A DNA stretch of 64,000 nucleotides from Camelus ferus (lineage: Eukaryota), in NCBI RefSeq assembly GCF_009834535.1, contig NC_045696.1, forward strand, positions 94,614,001-94,678,000, written 5' to 3'. Shown here piece after piece: positions 48,601 to 61,289 of the stretch (its first letter is position 1; every line of letters starts with the position of its first letter). The position numbers and the translations under genes are program-made. The notes below the pieces were generated by a model. The model was not told where the DNA came from, did not search any database, and was given only the letters and a program-made list of their open reading frames with translations.

Positions 48601-51600
48601 TGAGGAACCCTGGAGAGAATCTAATGACCAAATCCCTCGTTTTACATCAGAGCGAGCTGAGCAGAATTAGAACCCTGGTGTCCCGGTTACCTTTTGCATG
48701 GTGCCAGCCTGTCTTCAGGGATCCTAATTATCAGATCATGGATGGAAGCATGTTTTTAAGGTGGCAGTGCCCCATAAATCCATGATGATTACAACCCAGG
48801 TGGCCTGACAGCCCTATCTGGAAGATATCATCTTCAGGATTCTGGGTAGCCCTGGGAATTTTTGAATCTTGGTGGCCTCTTGGGTACCAAAGAGCTGCCA
48901 CACTTTGAATACTTTCTATTATGGATTCCTTGATAGCAATTTTTTTATTACACTCAGATGGTCTCCCACAGAAAGATTTCCGCTGGGGCTTTGGGATTCA
49001 AAATGAAGTAATGAATGAAATTCCTGATGCATAAATGTTTAAAGTTAGTCACTTCCTCCTGTGAAATTTGTTAGGAGTCTTTCATGTACCTCACTTACAG
49101 TATGACTCATAATCCTGTACCATATCCAAGTATCCTGTCCCGTAATTATGTACATGTCTACATTTTGTCACCCTAAGCACCCTGTGAACTCCTTGAGTTC
49201 AGGGACCGTATCTGGTTTGTCTTTGGAGCCACCTCTGTCCCTCATAACACCTGGTGGAGTGCCTATGTAGGAGGCCCTCAATTAATTACTTATGAGTATA
49301 TGAATGGCATTTTATCCCTTTTCCAAACTCTCTTTGTGATAAAAGATATATTAATTCTTGGTGAGACATAACATTTTCTGGATCCTTAGAAAAATCATAC
49401 TAATGTTTCAGTCTCTCTGGGTCATAAAGATGCTGGGGTGATAAAGTCTACCCTTATATGGGTGAAAACACTAAGTCAGTGATCTCTGGGGCAGGGGGAA
49501 ATACCAAAGCACCCAGTGGATAAACCCTTTCTTTGAAGAATACTTCACATTTGCAGATGACATGAAAAGGCATGTCTAGAAAACAATCTGAAGTAAAAGT
49601 TACCAGGTTAAGGAGTACTTAATCTTCGGTATTGACCACTACATAAACAATGTTCACTTGCTGGCCTTTGCTCACACCGAGAGCCACTGTGACACTGGTG
49701 CTGGGCCTTCAAAGAATTAGAGGGTTTGCTACAACATGAGTCTTTTAAGTCCTCCAGAAAGTAAGTGCCCACCTGTCCTCTTCATTTATACAAAGAAGAG
49801 GTTTATTTAATCATGTTCATACTTTTAGCTGGTGTCACCTACAGGTAAACAAATAATTCTAAAAAATTCTCCTAATTTTGAAAATATCAAGGGTAAATTG
49901 AGGGTGACCATGTATCATTATTTTGAAGGGAAGTATTGGCATAAGAGTAACTGTGCCTTGCAGCGTTCTCAGTAAATATTTACATAACTGAACATGTTAT
50001 AACATAATCAGGGATCAGTAGGCTTAGGGTATTTTATTTTAAAATAGTCCCCAGTAATACCCCTTAAAAGATTTCAGAAGTCAACCAAAACACCATCATT
50101 TCATACTCTTCTTATTGTACTTTGTGCAGCCAACTTGTAGGAACAATGGCTTGTACAACTTGTAAAGAGATTTTGTATCTTTATACCTTAAAAATGTCCT
50201 AAAATCCTACCATGGTAACTAAAGAGAGACTAGTTCTATAATTTCACTGTCTGCCTCTATCACTTGTACTCTGATTGATTCCTTTCTCCTTTTTAAATGA
50301 TTTTTCAAAGGAAAGTATAAGAGAGTCTTAAATTTTATATTAAATAACTTCTTAAAATCATTCCAGCTTTTTACAAACTTTTTGATAGGCCCAAACAAAG
50401 AAATAGAAGAATCAAAATAGCTATTAATCTCAAGGCTGTTTATCAGATTAGAATTGAATAGTGATCTCAACATACATATTAATACACTGTGTTATTTTTG
50501 GTAATAAAAACCACTCATGTCTCCATACAGATGGTACCATGGGCTGAAGTGTCACACACATCTAGGCTAATACCACACAGCTCCTCAGTGGATTTCAGTT
50601 CTATCAGAAACTTTCACTAATGGTTTGGCCTATTTTTGTTCTTTTACCTTATTTTTAAAAAAGAAGAAAAATTAAAAGTCTCTTCTAGGTGACCTGACCT
50701 TCTCTATTAGGACTTAGATTTGCCCGAGACCCTGTTCTGCAGAGAAGAGAACACGGGTGGCTCAGAGCGCCACTTTCATGTGATGAATGTAATCTCACGC
50801 AAGGGAAATTTCCAAGAGATTTCATTGATCCTGCTCTTCTTAGTTGAAAGCGCAATTTCACATCTTAGCCTGTTCAAGATTTGTGTCTTCAGGACCTGTG
50901 TTCCAGAGAAACAAATACAGCCAGAATGGGAGAAATGTCTTAGCTCCACTGAAAAGAATTTTTCTCTTACTTGCTTTTTTGGTCACCAACCACCAGATTA
51001 AAGGATTCCCCCCTTTCTCCTGCAGGGACAATAATCCAGCACTTCCCCTGATGCCGGGGGAAGCCTGTCACTCCTTTTGCATCAGTGGCTCCAATGAGTC
51101 CTTCAGACTTTGTGGTTTTGATGGAGACAATGAGAGTCTATGCTGAGGGAAAGGACGTTTCCTTTGTAAATTATTGTCAGCTGTGGGCTTTGGTTAAGGA
51201 ATCTGCCACGGGGGGTTCTGTTTTACTGGCAGTTATACTGTCTTGTGATGGGGAGTTACAGAAAGGATCTGTGGTGGTGGCTTAGGAAGATAACCCTCAA
51301 AACTACAGAATTCAGTCTATTTAAATAATTTTATGATTCTTATATTCAATTCTGTCATGGAAGTTTGTAACTCTTCTGAAATTTTTTACCTGTTTTAAAA
51401 CTTGCATGTAAAAGAAAGATCACTGTCCTATTATTCAACTATTGTAATGTGAACATATTATCCCCAAAGTAAAAAAACCAAAGCCTTTCTGGTAAGGAAT
51501 TTATCTCCTTAAAAAAACCTTATTACCTTGTAGAATATAGCTGTATGGAATTAAAAAGGAGTGCTTCTGGGAAACAAATCTTTCTGTGTTTCATATAAGC

Positions 51601-51613
51601 TTAATATTCTAAT

Positions 51614-51848
51614 CAAGCAGTTGGCAAACTTTTTTTAGGAAAGGTCCAGATAGTGAATATTTCAGATTTGGCAGCCCTTACACCTCCATTGCAACTATTC
51701 AGTTCTGCCCCTGTAGCCTGAAAGCAGCCATAGACAATATGGAAATAAATGGGCATGGCTGTGTTCCAGTAATCTTTACAGAAGATTCTTTACAGAAACA
51801 GGTGGTGGGCTGCCTCTGGCCCGCAGGCTCATGGTTTGCCAATCTCTA
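51614..51848. mobile_element. MER58A hAT MITE
   Basis: 'ttggcaaactttt...ccagatagtgaatattt...gaaagcagccatagacaata...gggcatggctgtgttcca...ggtttgcca'. Confidence 0.85.
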
Positions 51849-54800
51849 AACCATGTATTAAGAAAAGATCTTCTTTTGTTGCTGGAGGCCAGAAGTTCTT
51901 ATAAGCAAAATGAACTACTAATCTGTCATTGGATATCACCATAACTTTTGACCTTAATCTATAGTAAATTATTACTCTAATAGTAAATATTTCAACAGAT
52001 ATGATATAATTCTATGTAATTTATGAAATATTCAGATTTCTATTTACACATGTAATATAAAATGTGTTCTCAGTAGTTAGTATCACCCATTTTTATTAGA
52101 CTTCTCAACTCTTTATTATTGATTTGTAATTGTTGATTATATATTATGGTGATGTTATATAATGATAAGGATATTATCCTCTGTTAATCATATGGTTTGC
52201 AAATAACTATTAGTTTGTTATTAGTCTTTGTTTATGCTTTCTTTTTTTATTAACATTTAAAAAAATATTTCTATTTTGAACTTACTGATCTGTTTTCCTT
52301 TTTGGATTTTCTTTGCGGATTTCATGTCACAAATAGATGTCTCACAGTCCAAGACATTTTATACAACTACTGTTTTCTTCTAGCATTTTTAAGGTTGTAT
52401 TTTTTATGGTTGCATGTGGCTTGTTTTCCAGCTGAAATATAATTCTGTAAATTATGCAGTAATGATTCAAGGTCAGTAAAGGTGGAGAAATCCAAGCAAT
52501 AGGATGTCCACTAAATAGAAGTCATTGAGGAGAAGGCAGGGGAGGTGTCTGAAAACTCTGGTGGGAAGGCTGGGGAAGTATCTTTCTTCCTAAACAGGAC
52601 AGAAAAAAAGCCAAGAGACCTGAAAACTGGAGCTGAGAAGGTGAAACTTTGAGAGAGCTCAGGCTGCAAATAACCTTCTATCTGTAAATAAAAATGGCAA
52701 GGCACCTGTGGAAAGGGAGGCCAGGTGTGGGTCTGGGAATAGGAGTAGAAATGAAACTGTTTCTAGCAGTGACTGTGCAGCACACAGCATGAAGTTGCTA
52801 AGCTGCTAAATTTGGGATACATAAATTTATGAAGATGCCAGTTCTGCTTTTTTTTTTTAATTAAGAAGGATATTGATAACTCCTCTTAAATCTGTCCAAC
52901 CAGATTGTGCTAAAATTTCTGAAGGATTTTTCTCAATGCATGCACATAAATAATTAAAAAATTAACTCCACATCTCCCACCTGCCCATACCCTTAGTGAA
53001 TATACACACACAGATCTGTGACTTATGTGATTAAAAATTCCATTACTAACGGGAAATTAAATGAACTCAATAAAACCCTCTTACTTATGTAGTCTCTTGA
53101 GTTTCTCTTTCTATTTTATGCTAAATTACAATAAAACCTTGGCTACCTAACCTCAGAGAATGAGTCGTTTTGAGTCGCTGAGTATTTGTCTAGGAAAGGT
53201 TGCTGTTGTATAGGATGTTCTGTCACAATAAGAAAGATAATTTATATTCTTTTCATTAGGTAAGTAGTCTATGTTTACTATAAAAATTTGGAATGTATAA
53301 AAAAGCAGAAAGAATAAAATAAAAATAACAAATTACCCCCAAACAAAACCTTAACACTTTCGTTAATATTCTTCTTGTGTTTTATCATAAAGTTATTTTT
53401 AAAAAATAGGAAACTACTTCTAGTTTTCTCATGGCTGTTTTAACCTACAGCTTAAGGCAGGCCTCTGGTATTCTGTAGACTGATCGAATAAGACAGCTAT
53501 CTTAAGTACTTATTTATCGAAGAATTTTCCTCTCTTATTTAATGGGTTTTAATGGGAATATTTGTGTCTTGTATGCTCATGTTGTCCAGGAAGTTCTTTC
53601 TTGATCAAGTCCCCCAGGACAGCCTGGCTTGGGGTTGTCTGCCTGTTTGTTCTGAAGGTGGGACGTGGCATGTTCAAATTCATGACCTCTGGGGCAGCGG
53701 CACCGAGAGGCCGGTCTGCATCATTAACTAGTGAATCAAGGGCTTCAGCTGCATTCTCCCAAATGTTTTTGTCCCACTCCAGAGAGGATCTTCCTCTTTG
53801 TGGCAAGCAGTGCGGTTTGATGTGTCAGCACCACTCACAGCCAGGGCGGTGACTTCTGCATCATTAACAGGTTTGTGTTTTCTTTGTCACTTTGCACCCA
53901 GGCTCACATCTCACTTACCCAAAGTTCTTCCTGAGACTTAAAAGAAATCTGCCCCTCACTCTTTCCAAAATGTGTCCTTGCAGCATGTTTGGGAATTGAC
54001 TTGTTCTCAAGGCTGCAAATTCTTTATCAGAAAAAAAAAAAAAAAAAAGATAATTTTGCTGACTTGGTTTCAGGCTGAAATGTTCTCTAAATGGTTCCCA
54101 GCATTTGATTTGAATAGAATACCAGGCATAAGCAATATTTCAAATTGTATTTTCATTGTAAGAATGAAATGGAAATTCCTGAATATTACATGCCTGATAA
54201 ATCTTTCTCATTACATCTCATACGTAGTAAAATTTCCTGTCTTGAATAACACGTTTTCTATAGGCTGACCCAGGGAGTTAATATTCAGTGGCCAGGAGAT
54301 AGAAATAATGTTCACAGATACCACTGTATTTCCTCTGGGTGAGCTGAATAATTGTGTGGAAAACAGAGTAGTTTTGTTATCCTGAAGTAAAGCCTCTGCT
54401 TCCGAAAAGATCCTTCATTAAATGTAAATAAAAATGGTGGGAGGAGGTTGGGTGTTATAAGACAGACGATCTTTGATTTTCCGAGCACTATTTGTACAGT
54501 GTAAGCAACAGGTTACATTCTGGGATGCTTTAGAATCATGCCATGTAATCTCCCACGTATTCAACTATCCGCCTCTTCTTATTCTGTTTAATTCAGATGA
54601 ACTTTTATCAGAGTGCATGTTAAATTAGGCCAACTTTATATGACTTTAAGGTCTCAAGAATTACAGCTTGAGTGCTGCAATACAGCTAAGGTGCTGCATT
54701 CTAAGGTACAGGCAAGCCAGGGAAGGGAAGGTCCAGGACCCATAAATCGGGCCAGTAAAGGCACTGTTCTGTAAGGGACCAAGTTGCCACTGGAGAGGTA

Positions 54801-55494
54801 AGAGAAGAGATCATTGAGGGTCATAAATGTGATTTAAGGACAGCAGAAATCACCAGAGAGAAAGGGAGCTGCCTGTCCAATGTAGTGTCTACCCTTGGGA
54901 CTATCCCAAGAAGGGCACCTAGAGGAGCCGTCTCTGGGCCACTGCAATGGCGATATGCCAGCAGCATTCCTTTCGGGCCTCCTGCTCCTGCAACATCCGA
55001 TGCCAGGGCCTATACAGCTTTGGTGGCTGCAGCAGCCTGAGAGCCTGGGGTAGACCTCCGCCCACAGCAGCATGCATCCTCCTCAGCAGACAGCAGCAGA
55101 GTAACAGTCACTTTGGGCGCTGGAAGCTGCAGCTCGATGCAATCAGCTGACACAGGAGCGAAAGGAATGGTCCAACCCACAGGGCGGTCAGAGAGGCTGC
55201 TCAGGGAAAGGGCAGGGGAGACACCCCTCAGGGGTCTCAGGGCTATTTGCCAGGAATTGAGGAGGTCTGGACTTCCTGCACTGTTGTTAGAGACTAAAGC
55301 AAAATACTACTAATAAGATAAATGACCGTGATTGTCTTACTTCTCAGCTGAGTATGTAGGAATTCAGGTTACATGGAAATTGTTTAGAAATAGGTTTTTC
55401 TGAATGAGCCACAAAACTTAGAACACCCACTCTTTCCCTCAGGATTTTCTGTCTTTCTTTGTAGTGTCATCTAATGTTGCCTTATCCTACCAGA

Positions 55495-55915
55495 ATTAGG
55501 AGTCCTTAAGGCTGCATTTAACTGGAAACCCAACTAAGGGTGGTGGGGCTAAACAAACAAAGGTTTATTCCTTACTAAACAAGAAGTCTGGATTGGAGTT
55601 CTTCTGGCCTAGGTTCAATAGCTCAGGAAAGAGACATGCAGTCCCAGAAATCAAGTCTGTTTCTGAGGCAGGAAGAAGGTGAGGATGGGAGAGTGGGCCA
55701 AGGATGCGCCAGGAGTTTTTGTTCTATCAAGAAACAAAACCTCAGGAGACTTCCAGTTAAATTTCCTTGGCCAGAGCTGCATAGAATATTCTTCTAGGTA
55801 CAAGGGAGGCTGAGAAAATTTGTAATCAACTAATCTACCTTTTATAGTGGAGGAAACAAGGGAGAAATAAATGGAGAATTGTATTAGGTGAGCCAGCCCA
55901 TAGTGTTTACCCCAA
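55495..55915 (-). mobile_element. Old MaLR LTR (MLT1L/J-like)
   Basis: 'ggctgcatttaactggaaacccaact...aacaagaagtctgg...caagggaggctgagaaa'. Confidence 0.55.
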
Positions 55916-56275
55916 ACACCAAAATACCCTTTAGAAACTCAGAATTTTTCAGGCAATTGAATTTTCACATAATTTTTTAATGCCTGTTCAATAAATATTG
56001 GGTGAGAGATAAGTATAACCTCTTTTCATTGAAAATCACATTAAAAAAGCTTTATTTGTTTTCATGTTTGGCAGTGTATATGATGTAAAGTTATGGTTAA
56101 CCCAACCTTTTTTACACAAAAATCTGCAAAAAAAATTTTTTTGCATTGATGATTACTGATGTCCAACAGCTCATAAGAAGTAGAAAGAGTGCTGGCATTT
56201 TAGTCCGACAGACTTACTTTCAGGCTTTGGGTCAGTCTCCTTCTAGCTGTACAACTGGACAACTTATTTAATTTC

Positions 56276-56799
56276 TGAGGTAGCCCGTCTCCAAGATGGC
56301 TCCCACCGTTCCCATGTCCTGGCACTCACAGCCTTGAACAGTTCCCTCCCACAGCGATCAGGGTTGGTCTGTATGACCAACAGACCAGAAGTGATGGTAT
56401 ATCGCTTCCAAGGTTAAGTTATAAAAGACTGCAGCTTGGGTCTTGGGCTGTCTCTCTTGAATTTATCACTCTGAGAGAAGCCAGCTGCTGTATCTTTAGG
56501 ACAACCAGGGGACCTTTGGGAGAGGCCCACTGACTGGGGACTGAGGTCCTTACTCCAGCTGCTGTGAGAACTGAGGCCTACAGGTAACCAAGAAGGCAAA
56601 CCTGGGGGTTAACTCCCCAGCGTTGAGATGACTGCCTTCCCAGCTTGACTGCAACCTCATGAGAGGCCCTGAGCCAGACCTGTCCAGCTAAGCTCCTCCC
56701 AGAGTCTAATCCCCAGATACTGTGAGATAAAAAAAGTTTCTTATTTTAAGCTGCTAACATTTTGAGTAATCTGTTATACAGCAAAAGATAACTAATGCA
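56276..56799 (+). mobile_element. MLT1F-like solo LTR inserted in a MIR
   Basis: TG...CA ends, 'ctccaagatggctccc...ttaagttataaaagactg...ttgactgcaacctcatgaga...gataactaatgca'; 5-bp TSD atttc/acttc; MIR halves on both sides. Confidence 0.85.
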
Positions 56800-58049
56800 A
56801 CTTCTTTAAACGTCAATGTTATCATTTATAAACTGGGGGTATAAGTGGTGATTGTGAGGCTAATGATAATGTTCAGGAAACAGTTCTTGTAACATAATGA
56901 GGTCAAAGAAAATGTTAATTTAATGAATACTATTTGTTTGTGATCATTTCTACATGTTTACCCTCTTCAGAACTCTTTTTTTGTTTGTTTTAGATGAGCA
57001 TAGTTTTTTAAAAAAGTCCTTGCCCTTTGCTTTTCACTCGTCCTGGAATGCATGTCATTGAACATAGTGGGCTCTGTCGCATGACCTTAGCACCAGGGAT
57101 GGTTTCGTTAGTTAAGGTCACTTGTGTTTAATAATGAATGCCTTTCCCAGAATGCTGAACTGTGGGGCCTGATGGGTCTTTAGTGGGTTACCAACTAAAT
57201 AAAATATCACTCTATTGCCATAAATAGGTCCTGTCTTGCACTAGGAGGCTGGTGGTGACTTTAACACGCCGCCCTCAGGGAACACACCCTCATTGCTGAA
57301 TCACTGTGTCAGGAGCTCGTGGTGAAGACGACTGCTTGCCGCCTTCGGCAGAGTTGGCCAGTTTTATTCACTTTGTCTCTAACCCTTGCCCCTTCCCACC
57401 GCCCCATCCATTTTTCATCACAGCCTCCATGACCACAGCCCAGCTGCTGCAAACTTTGCTACACGGGCTCAAATAGTCTCTTCTGTTTTTCCTTTTCCTT
57501 TTTAAAAATTATTTTATTTCTCATCTCCTGCTACTTCAATACCTTAATTCATCTGTGCCCCAAAAAGTGTGCATGTGTATAAGTGTACCTATCACACATT
57601 TATGTGTGTATACATACATATAAATATGTGTGTATCATATACAATTAGAACACTTTTGTTTTTCTTGGTCAACACAGCATGCCAGGAATCATTTCTGGTT
57701 CGTGGCACCGCCTTCACTGTCATTTATTGCTGGATGCTCAGGGCTGGCTTCTTTGCCCCGAAGCGGGGTTTTTCTGCCATCGAGGCTGTTGTTTTGGATT
57801 TTTAAGTTTGTTCTGTATCTGCAGTAGTTGCAAAAGTCTGAGGGCTCTGAAATACTGGTTTCTAGAGGGCAGGGATTTTCCTGTAGTGTTATTTATGGGT
57901 CCCAGGCTCTCACACTGTAATTGTCCTCAAGCTCAGCCTCCCAACTTGTCTCTCTGCTTCCAGTCTTGCTCTTCCCCCATTGGTACCAACGCATCCTGCG
58001 TGATCTAGCAGATAGAGCTCGTTAAAAATATTACTGAGAAAATGAGTGA

Positions 58050-58270
58050 ATCACAACATGACGACTCTGAAACGCATCATGTTGAGGGAAAAAAGCCAGA
58101 CACAACAGAAGCCAGACTGTAGAAATCTATTTATATAATGTTCATAAAAGACAAAATTAAGCTATTTTGTTCATGCATGTGTAATTAGGGAATAAATTAT
58201 AAAGAAAATAAAAAATAATGGTTTGCACTAGCGGGGAGAACAGTACATTTGGATGTGTTTCAGAATGATG
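58050..58270 (+). mobile_element. L1ME-like 3' fragment
   Basis: 'aacatgacgactct..aa..catcatgttgag.gaaaaaagccagacaca'. Confidence 0.6.
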
Positions 58271-58277
58271 GTTCAGA

Positions 58278-58451
58278 CAGGAGAGGCTCCATAATTTGTG
58301 GGGCCCAATGCCAAAGGCAAAGGAAAGGTCCCTTGCTCAAACTTACTAAGAATTTCAAGATGCAACAACAGAGCATGGAACCGAGCAAGGATCCTGCTTA
58401 GTGCAGGGTTTGTGCCACTGCCCATGTTGCACCTCCATGAAGCCAGCCCTG
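58278..58451 (-). mobile_element. MER91A (hAT-Tip100) MITE
   Basis: 'cataatttgtggggccca...taagaatttcaaga...ccatgaagccagccctg'. Confidence 0.8.
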
Positions 58452-58689
58452 ATTTGAGAATTTCTGTGATTCTGATAATGCCTGCTTACTTGATTGACTG
58501 ATTTATATTTGGGAGGAGAAGAGTCATACAGGTATTTGCTCCAGAAAAACCCTGAAATCAAGCATTTATGATATATGTGATTTTCTGTAAGTTTATTCTA
58601 TTTTACAACTTTTTAAAAAATGCAGAAAAAAAAATCAGGACTGACCAGAGCACTTCCTGCTAAAAACCTAGAAGATGGCTTCCCACAGA

Positions 58690-59015
58690 CGAAAATGTCT
58701 CTGCTGTGTGCTGTCTCCTGTACCCTCATTTGTTGCAGGGCCAGCTCAAGTGCCAGCTCACCTAGGAAACATCCTAGATTTCTTCCACAGAAATTCACCG
58801 TTTCCCTCCCTCTGTTCCCTTCACACCTTCTCCCTGTATTATATAGCACTTAACTTCTTGCCTCAAACCAGCGTTCTTTGAGGTGGTTGTTTGTTTTTTT
58901 TTTTTTTTTTTTTCCTGATGAACATGAAATCTTGAGGAAATACTTCAATCTTATTCATCCTTATCTTTGGGACTCCACAGGCATTAGATAAGTGATTGCT
59001 CAATTTAATTAAAGT
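58690..59015 (+). mobile_element. L2 3' fragment
   Basis: 'ccagctcaagtgccagctc...atcttattcatccttatct...gctcaat'. Confidence 0.5.
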
Positions 59016-60351
59016 TATGTCCAAAGATGATCGTAACCCATTATAAAACTCAAACACTCAAAATACCTACACAATGCAAGTCCTCACACTAAAGGTAAAT
59101 GTTCTTCTGTAAACTAAGATATGTTCATTCACCTGGTGAAAATTTGAATTAGGTACCAAGTGTGTCATGATATCGTTCGACATTTTTCTGTTTCACATCT
59201 GAGATGAATCTCATAGCTATCTTTCTTAAGACTGCTTTGAGATCATAAGTTTAATATGCTATGGGGTATGCTTTATGTAACAGACACTTGGATACCATTT
59301 TTTTTTTTCACCAGAAACACATTTTAAAACAGTATTGCCCACTATTTTCTTTGATTTTTTCTTTTCTTTCTTTCTTTTTTTTGTTCCTGGCATATTTTTG
59401 CTCTAATACTTTAGGTTCTTCCGATAAACATGTTAATGTGACTTGGACATTTTCTTACAACAGACAGATGGGTGTGTTCTCTGAGTATTATTTCTAAAAC
59501 GAAGAAAATGTTCCTCTTTACTAGCATCTGGGTAAGATTTGGAGTTCTGTTGCAGATTTAAAATATAGACAGAAGTAATCATCTCCCTTCCATGTAAGAT
59601 GACTCTGCAAGTAATTTTTTTTTTTTGTATTTTTTCTCCTATGCCAAGCTTTGAAATCACAAATGAAGTATGGGTTCAGAAAAAAACACTGTATTTGGAC
59701 ATTTCTTTTCATCATTTATTTTTATGGACGTTATCCTGTCATACTACCCAGATGGCCAGGTTACAAGTCTGTGGTAACATAAAAGCCTTTTATATAGAAG
59801 TAAAACATTGATGAATAGACTTCTAAATGTATATACAAGTAAGTATATTTTATTTACCTTTACATGTAGTTTCACTCTACAATGCCTACCCAAATGAATT
59901 AGAACATTTGGCTGGCAAACATATGGGTATGCATTCAATGACACAGATATCCAGTAAAAACATCCAGTAGAAAAATATCTACCATTTCTACAGGGTAATT
60001 CATTTAAATCAACACAGAGATTTGAAATGATTCTTCTCTTCCTCTGCCAAGCAATCATACACAAGAGGGAAAAAATAAATCAACCCATCATTCTTTGCCA
60101 GAGATGATGGCCCTAAGAAAATGTGAAATTTCATTAAAGGGTTATTTATGCCATGTTTATGCCATCCCTTTTATAATATTTATCACCTAATTACTGGAGA
60201 TCAATGCCACAAATGCAATGAAACCTATTTTTAAAGGATTTTTGCTTCAGTATTTGATTCCTTAATAAATCTCAATGTATGATACGGGGCTTGGGGGGCT
60301 CTTACTGCTTCGGTGCTTTTCATTTGTTGTTGCCTTTCTTGAGGTATTCTT

Positions 60352-60506
60352 TTTTTTATTTTAATTTTTAAAAATTTATTTTAATTTTGGAGGGGAGTTA
60401 GTTAGGTTTACTTATTTATTTATTTTTAGAGGAGGTACTGAGGATTGAACCCAGGACCTTGTGTATGCTAAGCATGCACTCTACCACCTGAGCTATACCT
60501 TCCCCC
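60352..60506 (-). mobile_element. Vic-1-like SINE with full camelid-type tail
   Basis: Reverse-complement SINE head plus tail 'ggggagttagttaggtttacttatttattt'; diverged TSD tgaggtattctt / tggggtatcctt. Confidence 0.9.
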
Positions 60507-60656
60507 TGCCTGGGGTATCCTTATTCCAGCTCTTTCCATAGCTGGTTTTCTCTCATCCACTAAGATGTCACCTCTTCAGAGAAGCCATACCAAGCTCTAA
60601 GTTAACTGTACTCCCTTCTCCCTGAAGCATGTAGCCAGGTATTAATGCAAAGGACA

Positions 60657-61007
60657 TGGCTTCCTCCATTTAGGCTGCTCTAACAAAATGCCACGGGCTG
60701 GGTGCCTTATAAAAAGCAAAAAGTCATTTTATCACAGATTTGGAGGCTGAGTCCAGGATCAGGGTGCCAGCATGGTCAGATTCTGGAGAAGACCCTCATC
60801 CAGGTCAGACTGCTGATTTCTCATTGTATCCTCATACGGTTGAATGAGCTAGGGAGCTCTGTGGGGTCTCTAATAAGGGCACTAATCCCATTCACAGGGG
60901 CTCCACCCTCAGGACCAAAGCACCTCCCAAAGGTCCCACTTCCTGATACTTTCACACTGGGCATTAGGATTTCAACATATGAATTTGGGGAAATTCAGAC
61001 CACAGCA
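60657..61007 (-). mobile_element. MLT1A0-like solo LTR
   Basis: 'ggctgctctaacaaaatgccac...agggtgccagcatgg...taagggcactaatcccattca...attcagaccacagca'. Confidence 0.85.
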
Positions 61008-61289
61008 GGGCATGTGTATAAGCCAAATCTGACCCTTTTTTTTCTTTTGAACAGCCCATGAGCTAAGAATGGTTTTAACTTTTTAATGGTTAAAATAAAT
61101 AAATCTTTCATGACATGAAAATCCTAGGAAATTCAAATTTTAGTGTCTCTATATGAAGTTTTATTGGAACGCAGCCAAGCTTTTCATGTATCTAGGACAG
61201 ATAGAAGGACAGAATGAAGTGGTTGTCACAGAGATGATTTACCCACACACTGTCTCTTTAGCTTTTCACAGGAAGTTTGTCACCTCCTG
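61008..61289. mobile_element. MER58B hAT MITE, apparently interrupted near its end by the MLT1A0
   Basis: 'gccaaatctg...gcccatgagctaagaatggtttt...aaattcaaatttt.gtgtc...gttttattggaac.cagcca...gtttgtcacctcctg'. Confidence 0.7.

Noticed and set aside
54830..55313. GC-rich block with CAG-rich short ORFs
   Set aside because: No coherent reading frame or homology; may be an old LTR, but I cannot support a call.
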